Shown: positions 50,471 through 60,214, counted from the first letter of the stretch. The stretch: 64,000 bases of DNA from Candidatus Bathyarchaeia archaeon (GCA_049515895.1 JBEKTQ010000005.1:82207-146206), one strand, 5' to 3'. Numbers and translations are program-made. Notes: generated by a model not told the origin, from the sequence alone.

Positions 50471-50689
50471 GAGTTTTCTCTGCTCAATATCAATTGAAGT
50501 GCATTTAAGTCTGACAGAACGTATAATAGCGGCTTGACTGGGTTTTTTTCTGTATTTTTCGATGCTGTCATTATAGAAGAAACTTGTGTATGAATAGTAC
50601 TTTTGGTCTGTACCTGTTGGCTCTGCCTTTTGGACTATGTTCTTTGAGCTCTATTTATTGTTCTACACGTTTTATAAAACTCTAATGAG

Positions 50690-51157
50690 ATGTTCTTGAT
50701 TAATGAAGGCAGAGATTTTGGTACATTCTGCTCCGGTTCACGGGGGGATGCCATAGTGGTAACTAGAGCAGATGCTGAAGCCCCAAGAGTTGACGCACAG
50801 GAAGTAAAGGATGAGTGGAGGTTGCTTTGGTGGGGGCGTATCGACGATAAGATTCGGGCAGAAGGCATAGCGGATCGGAGTTTTTCGTTGTTGGCTGTGG
50901 AGCGGGGCACTGTAATTGCGGCTGCAAGAGATTTTAAAGCGTTAAATTTGAAGGAAATTTTGCGTTCTTACAATGTTCAGAATGTTGATCGATTGGTGGG
51001 TCCGCATCCTTCAGAGGGTGGATGGGCGAAGTTTGCTAGAACCGTGTTGAACAAGCAGACCCGCGCTCAGAAATTTAGGGCCGAGGCTTGCCCTGCGCGC
51101 CATGGAAAGAATGCGCGATTAAAGAAAGGAGGCAGAGGTTGGCTGCATCAGAGATAA
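50690..51157 (+). CDS. Hypothetical protein (start uncertain)
   Basis: Trp-rich ORF with VERGTVI..RDFK and GGWAKFA segments; basic C-terminus. Confidence 0.6.
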   Translation: MFLINEGRDFGTFCSGSRGDAIVVTRADAEAPRVDAQEVKDEWRLLWWGRIDDKIRAEGIADRSFSLLAVERGTVIAAARDFKALNLKEILRSYNVQNVDRLVGPHPSEGGWAKFARTVLNKQTRAQKFRAEACPARHGKNARLKKGGRGWLHQR

Positions 51158-51258
51158 GATAAACCGCCATTTTCGGTGGAGTTTCCTGTCTTTGTGAGTT
51201 TTGTTTCTTTGGTATTGTCGGTTTGGGGTGCTGTTTGTCCTTGAAGAAAATAAGAACG

Positions 51259-51615
51259 ATGAATAAGAATCGGGGTAGTTTGGATATTGTGCAGGAAGTG
51301 CTTTCCATCGTGTCGGTTAAGGTCCGGAAGACCAGGATTATGTATGGGGCTAATTTGAGTTTTGCTCAAGTGGAGAAGTATTTGACACTTCTTCAGAGAA
51401 GCGGCCTTTTGGAATACGATGGTGACTCTGGTTATTTGATTACTGATATGGGGATAAAGTTTCTTCAGCTCTACGATGATTATCTAGAGCGATCTACGCG
51501 TATGAGGCAGGAAGTCGAGAAGACCATGGAGGATAGGCTGCGACTTGAGAACATGTGTTTTAATAATAAGACCGAGGCTAAGCAAATGGGAAATGAAAAA
51601 GATGATCTCACGTAA
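51259..51615 (+). CDS. Winged HTH protein (HTH_45-like) with coiled C-terminal extension
   Basis: RGSLDIVQEVL...KTRIMYGANLSF.QVEKYL..L...GLL...Y.IT..G..FL pattern. Confidence 0.85.
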   Translation: MNKNRGSLDIVQEVLSIVSVKVRKTRIMYGANLSFAQVEKYLTLLQRSGLLEYDGDSGYLITDMGIKFLQLYDDYLERSTRMRQEVEKTMEDRLRLENMCFNNKTEAKQMGNEKDDLT

Positions 51616-51642
51616 TATCAGAGCTGAAGGATTTTTTCGCGC

Positions 51643-52374
51643 GTGCGCTACAAAATCATCAATCGGACCATAATTAACATGTTGAAAAAAAATGTTTACT
51701 CGCTTTCGACGCAAGTCATAATTGCCGCGTTGAACGAAGAAGAAGGCATCGGTCCCACAATATCCGAGCTAAAAAACTGCCTAGAGGACCCTCAAATACT
51801 CGTTGTTGACGGCAGAAGCACTGATCGAACGGTCCAGATAGCTAAGAATATGGGCGCCCAAGTCGTTTGCCAAGATGGATTAGGCAAGGGAGATGCGTTA
51901 GCGAAGGCGACTAAGAACTTTGATCCTAAGGTTGATTACGTTGTCCTCACAGACGCAGATTACACTTACCCCGCTGAATACGTTCCTTTGATGATTCGAG
52001 TTCTAGAGGAGAATCCCGATGTGGGCATGGTCTGCGGAAACAGATTTAACGACAGTTATCCGCTCAACGAAATGCATGACATACTATACTTTGGAAACCG
52101 CCTTATTGCCTTCATTCATAACCTACTGAACGGAGTTTCATTAATTGATCCGTTGACAGGGTTGCGTGTCGTGCGTGCAGGAATTCTAAAAGATTGGAAT
52201 GTGAAATCCAAAGGCTTCGATGTTGAGGTAGAGCTCAATCATCATGTGGAACGAGAAGGTTTTCGCATCATGGAAATTCCTATTTTGTATCGAGCAAGAT
52301 TAGGCGAGAAAAAACTGGGAATCAAGCATGGCTCAGAAATTTTGAGACGCATAATATTGGAGACACAGTATTAA
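51643..52374 (+). CDS. Glycosyltransferase family 2 (DPM1-like)
   Basis: AALNEEEGI, VVDGRSTDRT, GKGDAL, DADYTYP and GFDVEVE motifs. Confidence 0.92.
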   Translation: MRYKIINRTIINMLKKNVYSLSTQVIIAALNEEEGIGPTISELKNCLEDPQILVVDGRSTDRTVQIAKNMGAQVVCQDGLGKGDALAKATKNFDPKVDYVVLTDADYTYPAEYVPLMIRVLEENPDVGMVCGNRFNDSYPLNEMHDILYFGNRLIAFIHNLLNGVSLIDPLTGLRVVRAGILKDWNVKSKGFDVEVELNHHVEREGFRIMEIPILYRARLGEKKLGIKHGSEILRRIILETQY

Positions 52375-52486
52375 GTGTGGGCTGAGAGATATAAGGTGTC
52401 TCGGCAACAACAATGGGTTCACCAAGCTTGGGAAGAAGGGAAAGAGAAAGTTAGAGGTTATTTAGAGTAGACTCTTTACACATCCA

Positions 52487-52816
52487 CTTGGAGTGTCATT
52501 CACTAAAACAAACTTGGACTTTGTTCAACAAAAGCTTCCTAAACTGCTTGTTGATAGTATGCAATTGACCCAAAGTGCAGATTTAAAAATGCAAAACGAT
52601 ACAGTGACCTTGGAACTCACAGGGAATGTGTTTAGGGAAATCTGTCAGGAAACAAGAAATCTGCCGAGAACCCATAGGCAGATTGGTTGTCTTCTTAGTA
52701 GTGCGGTCGCGTGTGTTTTAGCCAAAGCATCGGGAAAAGTTGTTACTATCCAAAAAGACGAACAAAGCGACGACGGCAAAACCACAAGAATCGAATACCT
52801 AATGGAAGCCCAATAA
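52487..52816 (+). pseudogene. Probable C-terminal fragment of a larger conserved protein
   Basis: Begins abruptly at LGVSFTKTNL with an in-frame TAG at 52463 and no clear ribosome-binding site; ends IGCLLSSAVACVLAKASGK...IEY. Confidence 0.5.
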
Positions 52817-53294
52817 AATATAGTCTACGTTCCAGCCCTCCCAAACACTTGGCAGTTCCTCAGGCAACTCAAAGAAAGAACCAAATGCCACATTTTCCAA
52901 TTGTTGTTTTTCTTTTCGAATGGTACAATTGTTGTCTCAATATTGTTAAAAGACCTTACAGAACCACAAATACTTTCAAGATTTGAACATCAAAAATTCG
53001 CGAGTTTACTGAGCTCCAATTGAGCGCGCGCACCAATCTAAGCCTAAACTGACCACTTCCAACTCAATCCGCCCCCCTAAATTGCAGCTTTATTGCAAAC
53101 CCCTTGATCCGCAAAACAAGACAATAGTTCCTATCAGGACTAACCTAAAAAAACGCGAGACAAAAAATTAATGGAACCTTATAGAAAACATGAATTCCAT
53201 GTTCCATGCAAGCTTAAATAAAACAAACACCTACATGAAAATAGTCAATTTTAAGATAATTACTTCCTGAAGGCGAGAAAGGAGAAAGAAAAAA

Positions 53295-53765
53295 ACGAAT
53301 AAAAAACATTTAACAAAAAAATCAATGGTAATTTCTGTGCTCGCCATATTTGCCGTTTTCCTAATAGCATCAACGACCGTTCAAGCTGCTACTCCTAAAA
53401 TAACTCTCCGTCTCTCATCTGGTCCCGTAGGAACAAGCATACTCGTAACTGGCACCGGTTTTAGTTCTCATGAGTATGTAACAGTGACCTACTTCGGAAC
53501 AACTACTAAAATATATACAAGCTCTATTGGTGGATTTGCTTTCCCCTTCAAAGCTCCAACCACCGCAATGGTAGGCAAAACGTATACAGTCACAGCAACA
53601 AGTACATGCCGCGAATCAGCTTGCGCAAGCTTTTGTGTAACGCGTCTCTTTGTAACTCCAGAATCCCCAATTGGCGCTCTCGCAGCCCTAGGCGCATGTT
53701 TCGCAGCTCTACTGACCTACAAACGCAAAAGCCTCCCACATCTACGCCTAAACATCCACACCTAA
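53295..53765 (+). CDS. Small secreted Ig-like protein with a PEF-CTERM-like sorting signal
   Basis: Signal peptide; SGPVGTSILVTGTGF Ig/IPT-like domain; FVTPESPIGALAALGACFAALLTYKRK. Start is ATG 53325 or ACG 53295. Confidence 0.78.
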   Translation, partial: TNKKHLTKKSMVISVLAIFAVFLIASTTVQAATPKITLRLSSGPVGTSILVTGTGFSSHEYVTVTYFGTTTKIYTSSIGGFAFPFKAPTTAMVGKTYTVTATSTCRESACASFCVTRLFVTPESPIGALAALGACFAALLTYKRKSLPHLRLNIHT

Positions 53766-53983
53766 AAAAAGCAGCAGTAACCTTCAGTATAATTCATTTA
53801 GCTATCAAAGATAGTGCATAGAAGTTCATTTTTGTACTTGAACTCAAAATGAGCTTCCTGTACGATCATGTTTTAGCAGCACCCAAAAACAGCGAACCTA
53901 GGCTAAGCGCTAAAACTCTTTGAACAATGTCTGCAACGACAAAAAGGGGTGCTCAATCAGCTAATTGAAAAACAAGGAACTGG

Positions 53984-54018
53984 TTGACATAGGATACTGC
54001 TGCAGTATCTTGACATAG
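53984..54018. repeat. 9-bp direct repeats flanking a 17-bp palindrome
   Basis: TTGACATAG-GATACTGC-T-GCAGTATC-TTGACATAG. Confidence 0.85.
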
Positions 54019-54068
54019 AAATACACTAAAGCTAAATCACCGCACCAATAAAACCATTAACAATAGCA

Positions 54069-56153
54069 GTGCACTGCATGCAAGAAACAAGAATTCCCTC
54101 CACCGTAAAAATGGCTTCTGCGCTAAACCAGCAAAGACTATCGATTGCACTAAAATTCTCCGTTATAACCGCCGCTGTAGTTGCACTGTACCTTCAAGAC
54201 TTAACCATGGTCTTCACAGGCGCTCTAACCAACGAAACAACCTACCACGTACTAGCAATACCATTCCTCTTCGCTTACTTAATATACAGAAAACGAAAAA
54301 TGACCATCGCAACCCTTCAACCCACAAAAACAGGAACAAACCTATTCCAAAAATACTTTAGCACACTAGCGGGGATCTCATTAAGTGCAGTCGCCATACT
54401 CACATACTGGTTTGGAAGCTACACTTTCACACCAATAGAATACCACATGCTAACCCTGCCTTTCCTAACTGCAGGACTAATCCTCATATTATTCAACACT
54501 CAAACCCTAAAACAACTACTTTTTCCCATAGCATTCCTCATCTTCCTCGCCCCGCCCCCAGACGAAATCCTCTACGGCATCGGCTCAAACCTCGCAAACC
54601 TAAGCGCATCAGCATCAAACGCCCTCTCAAACCTGTTTGGACTGCACGCGGTGCTCTCCACAAGTTCAGGAAGCCCCATAATAACACTCATCAAACCCAA
54701 CCAAACAACCTTAAACTTCGGCGTAGACGTAGCCTGCTCCGGTATCTATAGCCTAATCGGCTTTGTCATATTCGCATTATTCATAGCATACATTATGCGC
54801 GGTAAACTACGCAACAAATTCGCCATTCTCATCATGGGCATACCCCTAATCGTCGCACTCAACATAATCCGCATAACAGCCATCCTCGCCATAGGCTACA
54901 ACTTCGGCCAAGACCTAGGACTACAACTATTCCACGACGTAGGCGCTATAGTCCTCATGTTCATAGGAGTACTGGTATTGCTGGCTATAACAGATAAAGC
55001 CTTCAAAAAACCCAAACCACCCCAACCCTGCCCAATATGCAACCCCACACCAGCAAAACCAGCTGAAACATTCTGCCCCAACTGCGGAAAACTCTTCAAA
55101 TTGCCAAAAATAAAACTAACCCGCGCCGACATCGCAAAAATCGTAGGCATAGCCATAATCGTAGTCATGCTCCTATCCATTCAAGCACCTGTATTCGCCC
55201 TAACTCAAGGCCCCGCACAAGTAATTTACCAAACACCCTCAGGCACACAAGTAAACACGAACACACAAAACTTCCTCTTACCAAATATGCCCGGCTACAC
55301 CCTAAGCTACGTCTACCGGGACACCACCTTTGAGCAAGAATCCGGCGACGATGCAGCACTCGTCTACTCCTACAACTCACCAAATGATACCACATTGACC
55401 GTTTGGGTAGCCCTACAAATAGCACCCAGCGTAACATCCGAACACCAATGGGAAACCTGCCTCATCAATTACCCCCTAAGCCAAGGCGACACAGCAACTG
55501 TAAACCAACTTGACCTCAGAGACATGCAGATCCAAGACAACCCGCCGATGACGGCAAGCTACTTCGCCTTCCAATACAAAGACACAAACGCAACCCAAGT
55601 TGTACTCTACTGGTACGAAATAGCCACATTTGACACAAACGGAACCGCAGAAACAAAAAGCGCAATGATAAGCATAGTAATGTATCCATCGTCTCCCCAA
55701 AACTTAATGGGCGCTGAAGCCCAAGAACTTCGATTCGCCAACGCCATCATCAACTATTGGGCCCCAATTCAAACCTGGAGCCCTATCGCGTTGGCCATCA
55801 GCCAAAATGGCTTAGCCCTCTCAGCAATCGCTGCAGCAATTCTATTTTTACTCATGATCTACGGTCTATACTTAGATAGAAAAGAGAAATGTGCTCTTTT
55901 AAACCTCTACCAAAAACTTCCGCCTCAAGACCAACTCATGATAAAAGCTGTCACCAACGCCAAAAAAAATCACAACCCAACAACCCAATTCATAACTCTT
56001 GAATTCCAAAAACTATCCAAAACATCCGCTTCTGAAACTTGGATTGCACAAAAGCTGAGCGAAACTGAAGACGTCGGTCTAATCAGTAAAACCCTCACGA
56101 ACAAGGATGATACGCCCACTCTCGCATGGAAAAGTCAAATTCAGGCGCGCTAG
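54069..56153 (+). CDS. Exosortase/archaeosortase family protein fused to a Zn-ribbon and an EpsI-like extracellular domain
   Basis: Catalytic triad motifs VDVACSGIYSL, LNIIRI and LFHD; CPIC...CPNCG; HQWETCL...QVVLYWY. Confidence 0.88.
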   Translation: MHCMQETRIPSTVKMASALNQQRLSIALKFSVITAAVVALYLQDLTMVFTGALTNETTYHVLAIPFLFAYLIYRKRKMTIATLQPTKTGTNLFQKYFSTLAGISLSAVAILTYWFGSYTFTPIEYHMLTLPFLTAGLILILFNTQTLKQLLFPIAFLIFLAPPPDEILYGIGSNLANLSASASNALSNLFGLHAVLSTSSGSPIITLIKPNQTTLNFGVDVACSGIYSLIGFVIFALFIAYIMRGKLRNKFAILIMGIPLIVALNIIRITAILAIGYNFGQDLGLQLFHDVGAIVLMFIGVLVLLAITDKAFKKPKPPQPCPICNPTPAKPAETFCPNCGKLFKLPKIKLTRADIAKIVGIAIIVVMLLSIQAPVFALTQGPAQVIYQTPSGTQVNTNTQNFLLPNMPGYTLSYVYRDTTFEQESGDDAALVYSYNSPNDTTLTVWVALQIAPSVTSEHQWETCLINYPLSQGDTATVNQLDLRDMQIQDNPPMTASYFAFQYKDTNATQVVLYWYEIATFDTNGTAETKSAMISIVMYPSSPQNLMGAEAQELRFANAIINYWAPIQTWSPIALAISQNGLALSAIAAAILFLLMIYGLYLDRKEKCALLNLYQKLPPQDQLMIKAVTNAKKNHNPTTQFITLEFQKLSKTSASETWIAQKLSETEDVGLISKTLTNKDDTPTLAWKSQIQAR

Positions 56154-56259
56154 TCCCTTAATTTTTTGGTTCGCCATTTGATCCTTATTTTAACTATGTG
56201 CCGTTATCGTTCTCCAATCAAAAGCGGAGATAACGAGCACCTAAACGTGACGAGGCGCT

Positions 56260-56673
56260 TTATTTGCAAATTTTTTGCAGGAGCGCTTTTGCCTCAGGAA
56301 TCTTATCCTGCCACTTCTCTGTCTCACTGATTCACTACTTACGCCACGTTAAGCTGAGATGATCATTCCATTAACTAGCAGCCCCCGCGAACGCTCTCGC
56401 TCTCTCATCTATTTTCTGTTTTTGTTTTTGTTCTTCAATTGTTAATTTTTGCGGTTGCTCTTCTGGAACCAGCTTTCGAGAGTACCGATAAACATATTTC
56501 TCGTGCACTTCTTTGGTGATTAGCTGTTCCTGATACAGTGCCTTGGTTAATAGAAGTAGCCCAGCATAAAACTTGCCTAATTCCTTTTGCCCCTGAAATT
56601 TAATCACCGCAAGATAGAGTTCTGGCGGCAAACAGATTTTCATTATGTGTTCTTGAGTGAACTCCTTACCCAT
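56260..56673 (-). pseudogene. Hypothetical mobile-element gene with three premature in-frame stops
   Basis: ...FAGAAS*WNDHLSLTWRK**ISETEKWQDKIPEAKALLQKICK* continues in frame to 56260. Confidence 0.6.
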
Positions 56674-56859
56674 ATTTCCCTTCTCTCCTTTAACTTGGAT
56701 TATCCAGCTTCCTAAGAATGAAAAACGTTTGGACCCCTCATAAACATAGTAACAAATAGGGAAATGGTAGACTTAACTAGTTAGCTACCTGCAAATAAAA
56801 CACAAAACAAGCTACCTACTATCCGCCGTCAATGGCTTGCGATCAGATTTTTTCAGTGC

Positions 56860-57372
56860 CTATCGTGTCTCTTCGGAATTTTTTGTTTCGTTTAAGGTTT
56901 TATTGTCGTAGTCGTTAAACCCTCTTGGTATGCGGAAAAGGACAGGCCCATTTTTCTTTAGATCTGAGAGGAATTCTTGTCGGTCACTTTCTTCCCATTT
57001 CAGCAGGTTCCCCACGCATTCGAATAGGTCGGTCTCGAAATTCAAAAAGTGCAGTTTCAAAAAATAGTTAACAATTTCATAATTTAGACCTGTGGCGCCA
57101 CATATTGACATGGGAACAGTGTAACAGTATAATTCGGTTATTCGCTTCCACATCAATTCAATATTTCTGTAGATAAGATCGTCGTTTTTGACCAGAAGCT
57201 CCGTGTTGCCGGTTCGGTAATATTCTTCGCTAACTTCGTCACCTTTGCGGAAAAGCGCTTTTTCAGCTTCGGAAAAAGAATTGAAATCTACACGCAGAAA
57301 GCTGCCGGTGGTTGAGTCTTTCAGTTTTTCTGTCAAATTTTCAACTCGTCTGAACATGTCAGAAGTTTTCAC
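56860..57372 (-). CDS. Hypothetical protein
   Basis: 170-aa ORF with a 4-bp overlap with the upstream HTH gene. Confidence 0.7.
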   Translation of the reverse strand: MKTSDMFRRVENLTEKLKDSTTGSFLRVDFNSFSEAEKALFRKGDEVSEEYYRTGNTELLVKNDDLIYRNIELMWKRITELYCYTVPMSICGATGLNYEIVNYFLKLHFLNFETDLFECVGNLLKWEESDRQEFLSDLKKNGPVLFRIPRGFNDYDNKTLNETKNSEETR

Positions 57373-57764
57373 GGAATAAACACCCCCTTCTTAGTTTTAT
57401 CCTCTAACGCTTTAAGCCTGTTAATCAAATCGGGTAACGCTGCAGTTTGAAACATCAACGAATTTGCCTTCAACATTATATTCAACGCAGCAAGCTGAGC
57501 CAACTCATTGGATGACGAGAACATTTTCCTGCTTGCCTGACGATAAATCTCCTCATAACGATTAACAACCTTCAACAAAACATCCGTTGGATTAGTCGCA
57601 CCCTGCAAAAGCGGCTGCCAGGTTGAGCGGCACTCAAAATCACTGTAGACTGTACGCTCTGAACACCCCATTTTCTGACTCAACTGCTTGACAATCTCCG
57701 CCTGACATAAACCCAAACCCTCAAGCTTGAGCAATTCCAAGCGCCTGTTCACCACTTCCAACAT
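57369..57764 (-). CDS. HTH protein with a small-terminase-like layout
   Basis: RRLELLKL..LGLCQAEIVKQLSQKMGCSERTVYSDF HTH, helical body, RLKALE coiled tail; GGAGGT ribosome-binding site. Confidence 0.65.
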   Translation of the reverse strand: MLEVVNRRLELLKLEGLGLCQAEIVKQLSQKMGCSERTVYSDFECRSTWQPLLQGATNPTDVLLKVVNRYEEIYRQASRKMFSSSNELAQLAALNIMLKANSLMFQTAALPDLINRLKALEDKTKKGVFIP

Positions 57765-57910
57765 TATTACCTCCGTAAACAATACCTCTAAACAACAATA
57801 ACGAACAAAACAAATGCCGATAGCAAAACTTTAAAGAAATAAAGAAGCCCAGAAAACGCTAATTGCCTAAAACACATTACCTACATAGCAAATTCATGGA
57901 CGATAATCCG

Positions 57911-58645
57911 TTAACATTTTTTCCATTTGCGCGTGGTCGCCCTGTCGGCGCTGAACAACTCGGAAATTTTGCGTTCACTAACCCTCTTAGCCAATTTATT
58001 CGCCGACAACAACTTATCTTGAGCTAAGACTAGGGCGCCTGAAAGAAGATTCACCAGTTGCTTGTCAGTGAATGGGCCGTTTCTGGCTATGAAATAGCTT
58101 GCCTTGCAATCCGCCACTTGTATTGTTTCGGCATCTACGCCGAGACGAGTTAGCTCCTCAGTTTTTTCTTCCAAAACCTGCTCAAATCTTCTCATGCACA
58201 ACGTTAGGGGGTCTTTATCTGTTTTCTTAATTGCTTTAGCCAACTTTGCTGAAGTGGGAGCTGAAAAAATTAAATGCCCCTCATTTCTAGCCCTAGCAAC
58301 TGCCTTGTGATCAAAATCTTCATCGTTAATCCACTCATCAGTCAAACAGGTGGCTGGGAGAAGTCTGTAGCCATCCAGTTTGCCGCAGGCGTTGCACTTC
58401 AAAACCACCACGCCTTTATCATCTAGTAATTCGTCGCTGCCGTCTGTCTTGTGGCAGTGAGGGCAAACATGATTTTTCCACAAAAGATCCTCCTCCATGT
58501 CATCCGTAATCACATTTAAAGGAACGCAAGCCACATCCCGACCGCAGTCTACACAAATTGCGAGACCCTCAGCAGGGTAGTTTTCCAAGATCTCAGTTGA
58601 TCCGCAAGACGTACATAGTTTAACTTCAAGAGATTTAGCACTCAT
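57911..58645 (-). CDS. Divergent TFB/TFIIB-like protein with two Zn ribbons
   Basis: CTSCGS...EGLAICVDCG and CPHC...CNACG; C-terminal cyclin/HTH-like VSERKISELFSADRATTRKW. Confidence 0.6.
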   Translation of the reverse strand: MSAKSLEVKLCTSCGSTEILENYPAEGLAICVDCGRDVACVPLNVITDDMEEDLLWKNHVCPHCHKTDGSDELLDDKGVVVLKCNACGKLDGYRLLPATCLTDEWINDEDFDHKAVARARNEGHLIFSAPTSAKLAKAIKKTDKDPLTLCMRRFEQVLEEKTEELTRLGVDAETIQVADCKASYFIARNGPFTDKQLVNLLSGALVLAQDKLLSANKLAKRVSERKISELFSADRATTRKWKKC

Positions 58646-59492
58646 TAACCATCCACTTCTCCTACAATCGCTATCAAACTTCGGGTATACCTAAAAAACT
58701 TAACCCAAAAAAAAGGATTCACTGATCCTCAAGAATACCCACTTTTCATCAAAAACAAATCAAAATTTAAGCCAAGCAAGTTAGCGTTAAATAGATAGCT
58801 ATACCTAAAACGTTCAATTAGAGCCGCATGTCCCCCAAAATCCGAGAAAATAAAAAACCTTCAATACAATACGAACTGCATTCAATCCTCTCACTTAGCC
58901 TGGCACAAATGAGAAATTCAAAAGTTTTAACTAATATGGAGGCCAGGTTTGTAAAGAACTCCAATTATGGAAATTCTCTGCAACCGTTTTTTCTGCTTGA
59001 ACTGAGCGCACGCGGTTGCTTTTAGAGCATAAGCTACGTGCCGCCGCTCCATCATAGACAATTGTGCCAGCCCCGCTTCAATATCTCAACACAAGAAAAG
59101 CCTAAAAACACTCGATTTAACGATTCTAACCCCAAAACATCGTCTTCCAGCTCAACCCCACCCCCCTCAAATTGCAACTTTCCTGCAAACCTACTCAATT
59201 CCCAATTCCAATTAAACCACTTAAGCAACCTCAGCCCTCGCTTCCAAATAGTAACAAAAACCCCAAAGCCCTCAAAAAAAGCTGAAAATAGGTAGGGGAT
59301 AGGGTGTTTTTTCATGGGAGAGCCAGCGATGAAATCAAGAAATCGTTAAAATATTGAAGATGCGTTGAAGCTCGAAAAATCAGGCAGAACCCTCTGGAAA
59401 GGCAACCCAAAAAATCGTTAAAGCGAAAAACTTAAGTGTTGAGAGCTTGTAGTTTTGTCTTAGAACCAAAAAATACATGGATGTTGAACCAA

Positions 59493-59984
59493 TTGGCTGT
59501 TGAAGGTTTTTTCGAAAACAAAAAGACACCAGTAGAAGCTAAAGTCGGCGACTTAACCCCACAATCTAAAGCGGTTAACGTTACGGCCAAAACAGGCGTA
59601 GTGTACCTGACACTTTGGGATGACAACATTGAAAAAGTCAACGAAGGCGACACTGTTCGAGTGGAAAACGGATACGTGACACTATTCAAAGGCAACATCC
59701 GCCTAAACATAGGAAAATACGGCAAACTTGAACCAGCAAAAGAACCCTTAACCGTAGAAGTAAACACTGAAAACAACGTATCAAGCAAGGCCTACGAGCA
59801 AGAACGCAGACCGTTCAGAGGCAGAGGCGGCGGAAGAGGCGGATACGGCGGAGGCGGCGGCGGATACGGCGGCAGAGACAGAGGACGCGGCGGATACGGC
59901 GGAGGCGGCGGCGGATACGGCGGCAGAGACAGAGGCGACAATCGGGATCGTCGCGGTGGCGGCGGTTACAGACCGAGATACTAA
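59493..59984 (+). CDS. ssb: Single-OB-fold single-stranded DNA-binding protein with RGG tail; OB fold appears internally deleted
   Basis: KVGDLTP..VNVTAK|TGVVYLTLWDD..GDTVRVENGYV..RLNIGKYG; Gly/Arg/Tyr tail. Confidence 0.82.
   Translation: MAVEGFFENKKTPVEAKVGDLTPQSKAVNVTAKTGVVYLTLWDDNIEKVNEGDTVRVENGYVTLFKGNIRLNIGKYGKLEPAKEPLTVEVNTENNVSSKAYEQERRPFRGRGGGRGGYGGGGGGYGGRDRGRGGYGGGGGGYGGRDRGDNRDRRGGGGYRPRY
59838..59935 (+). repeat. 47-bp direct repeat (period 51) in the SSB RGG tail
   Basis: ggcggatacggcggaggcggcggcggatacggcggcagagacagagg at 59838 and 59889. Confidence 0.85.
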
Positions 59985-60214
59985 GCTTTCGACGTGTTGA
60001 AAAACTATCTAACTCTTTTTGTCTTTTTATACCTTAATTAAGGATGCCTTACCGTAAGGTCTTGAAAAATAGCCTTAAAAAATACACGTTAAGCCACGGG
60101 CTCTTCAAACACCGAGGCAGCACACTCTGTGTCTGAGAAATACAGGCTGGAATTGGGCAAAGTATATAATCGTAACTCCACATCTCACCGTTTACTTCAG
60201 GTGCGAAAGGCCAA

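Noticed and set aside
56260-56373. Stop-codon reassignment or readthrough (Pyl/Sec)
   Set aside because: Three different stop codons occur within 14 codons and other genes terminate normally, so decay is the simpler explanation.
58828-59315. Short ORFs in the gap before ssb
   Set aside because: They overlap on both strands, have biased low-complexity composition, and lack motifs or clear ribosome-binding sites.
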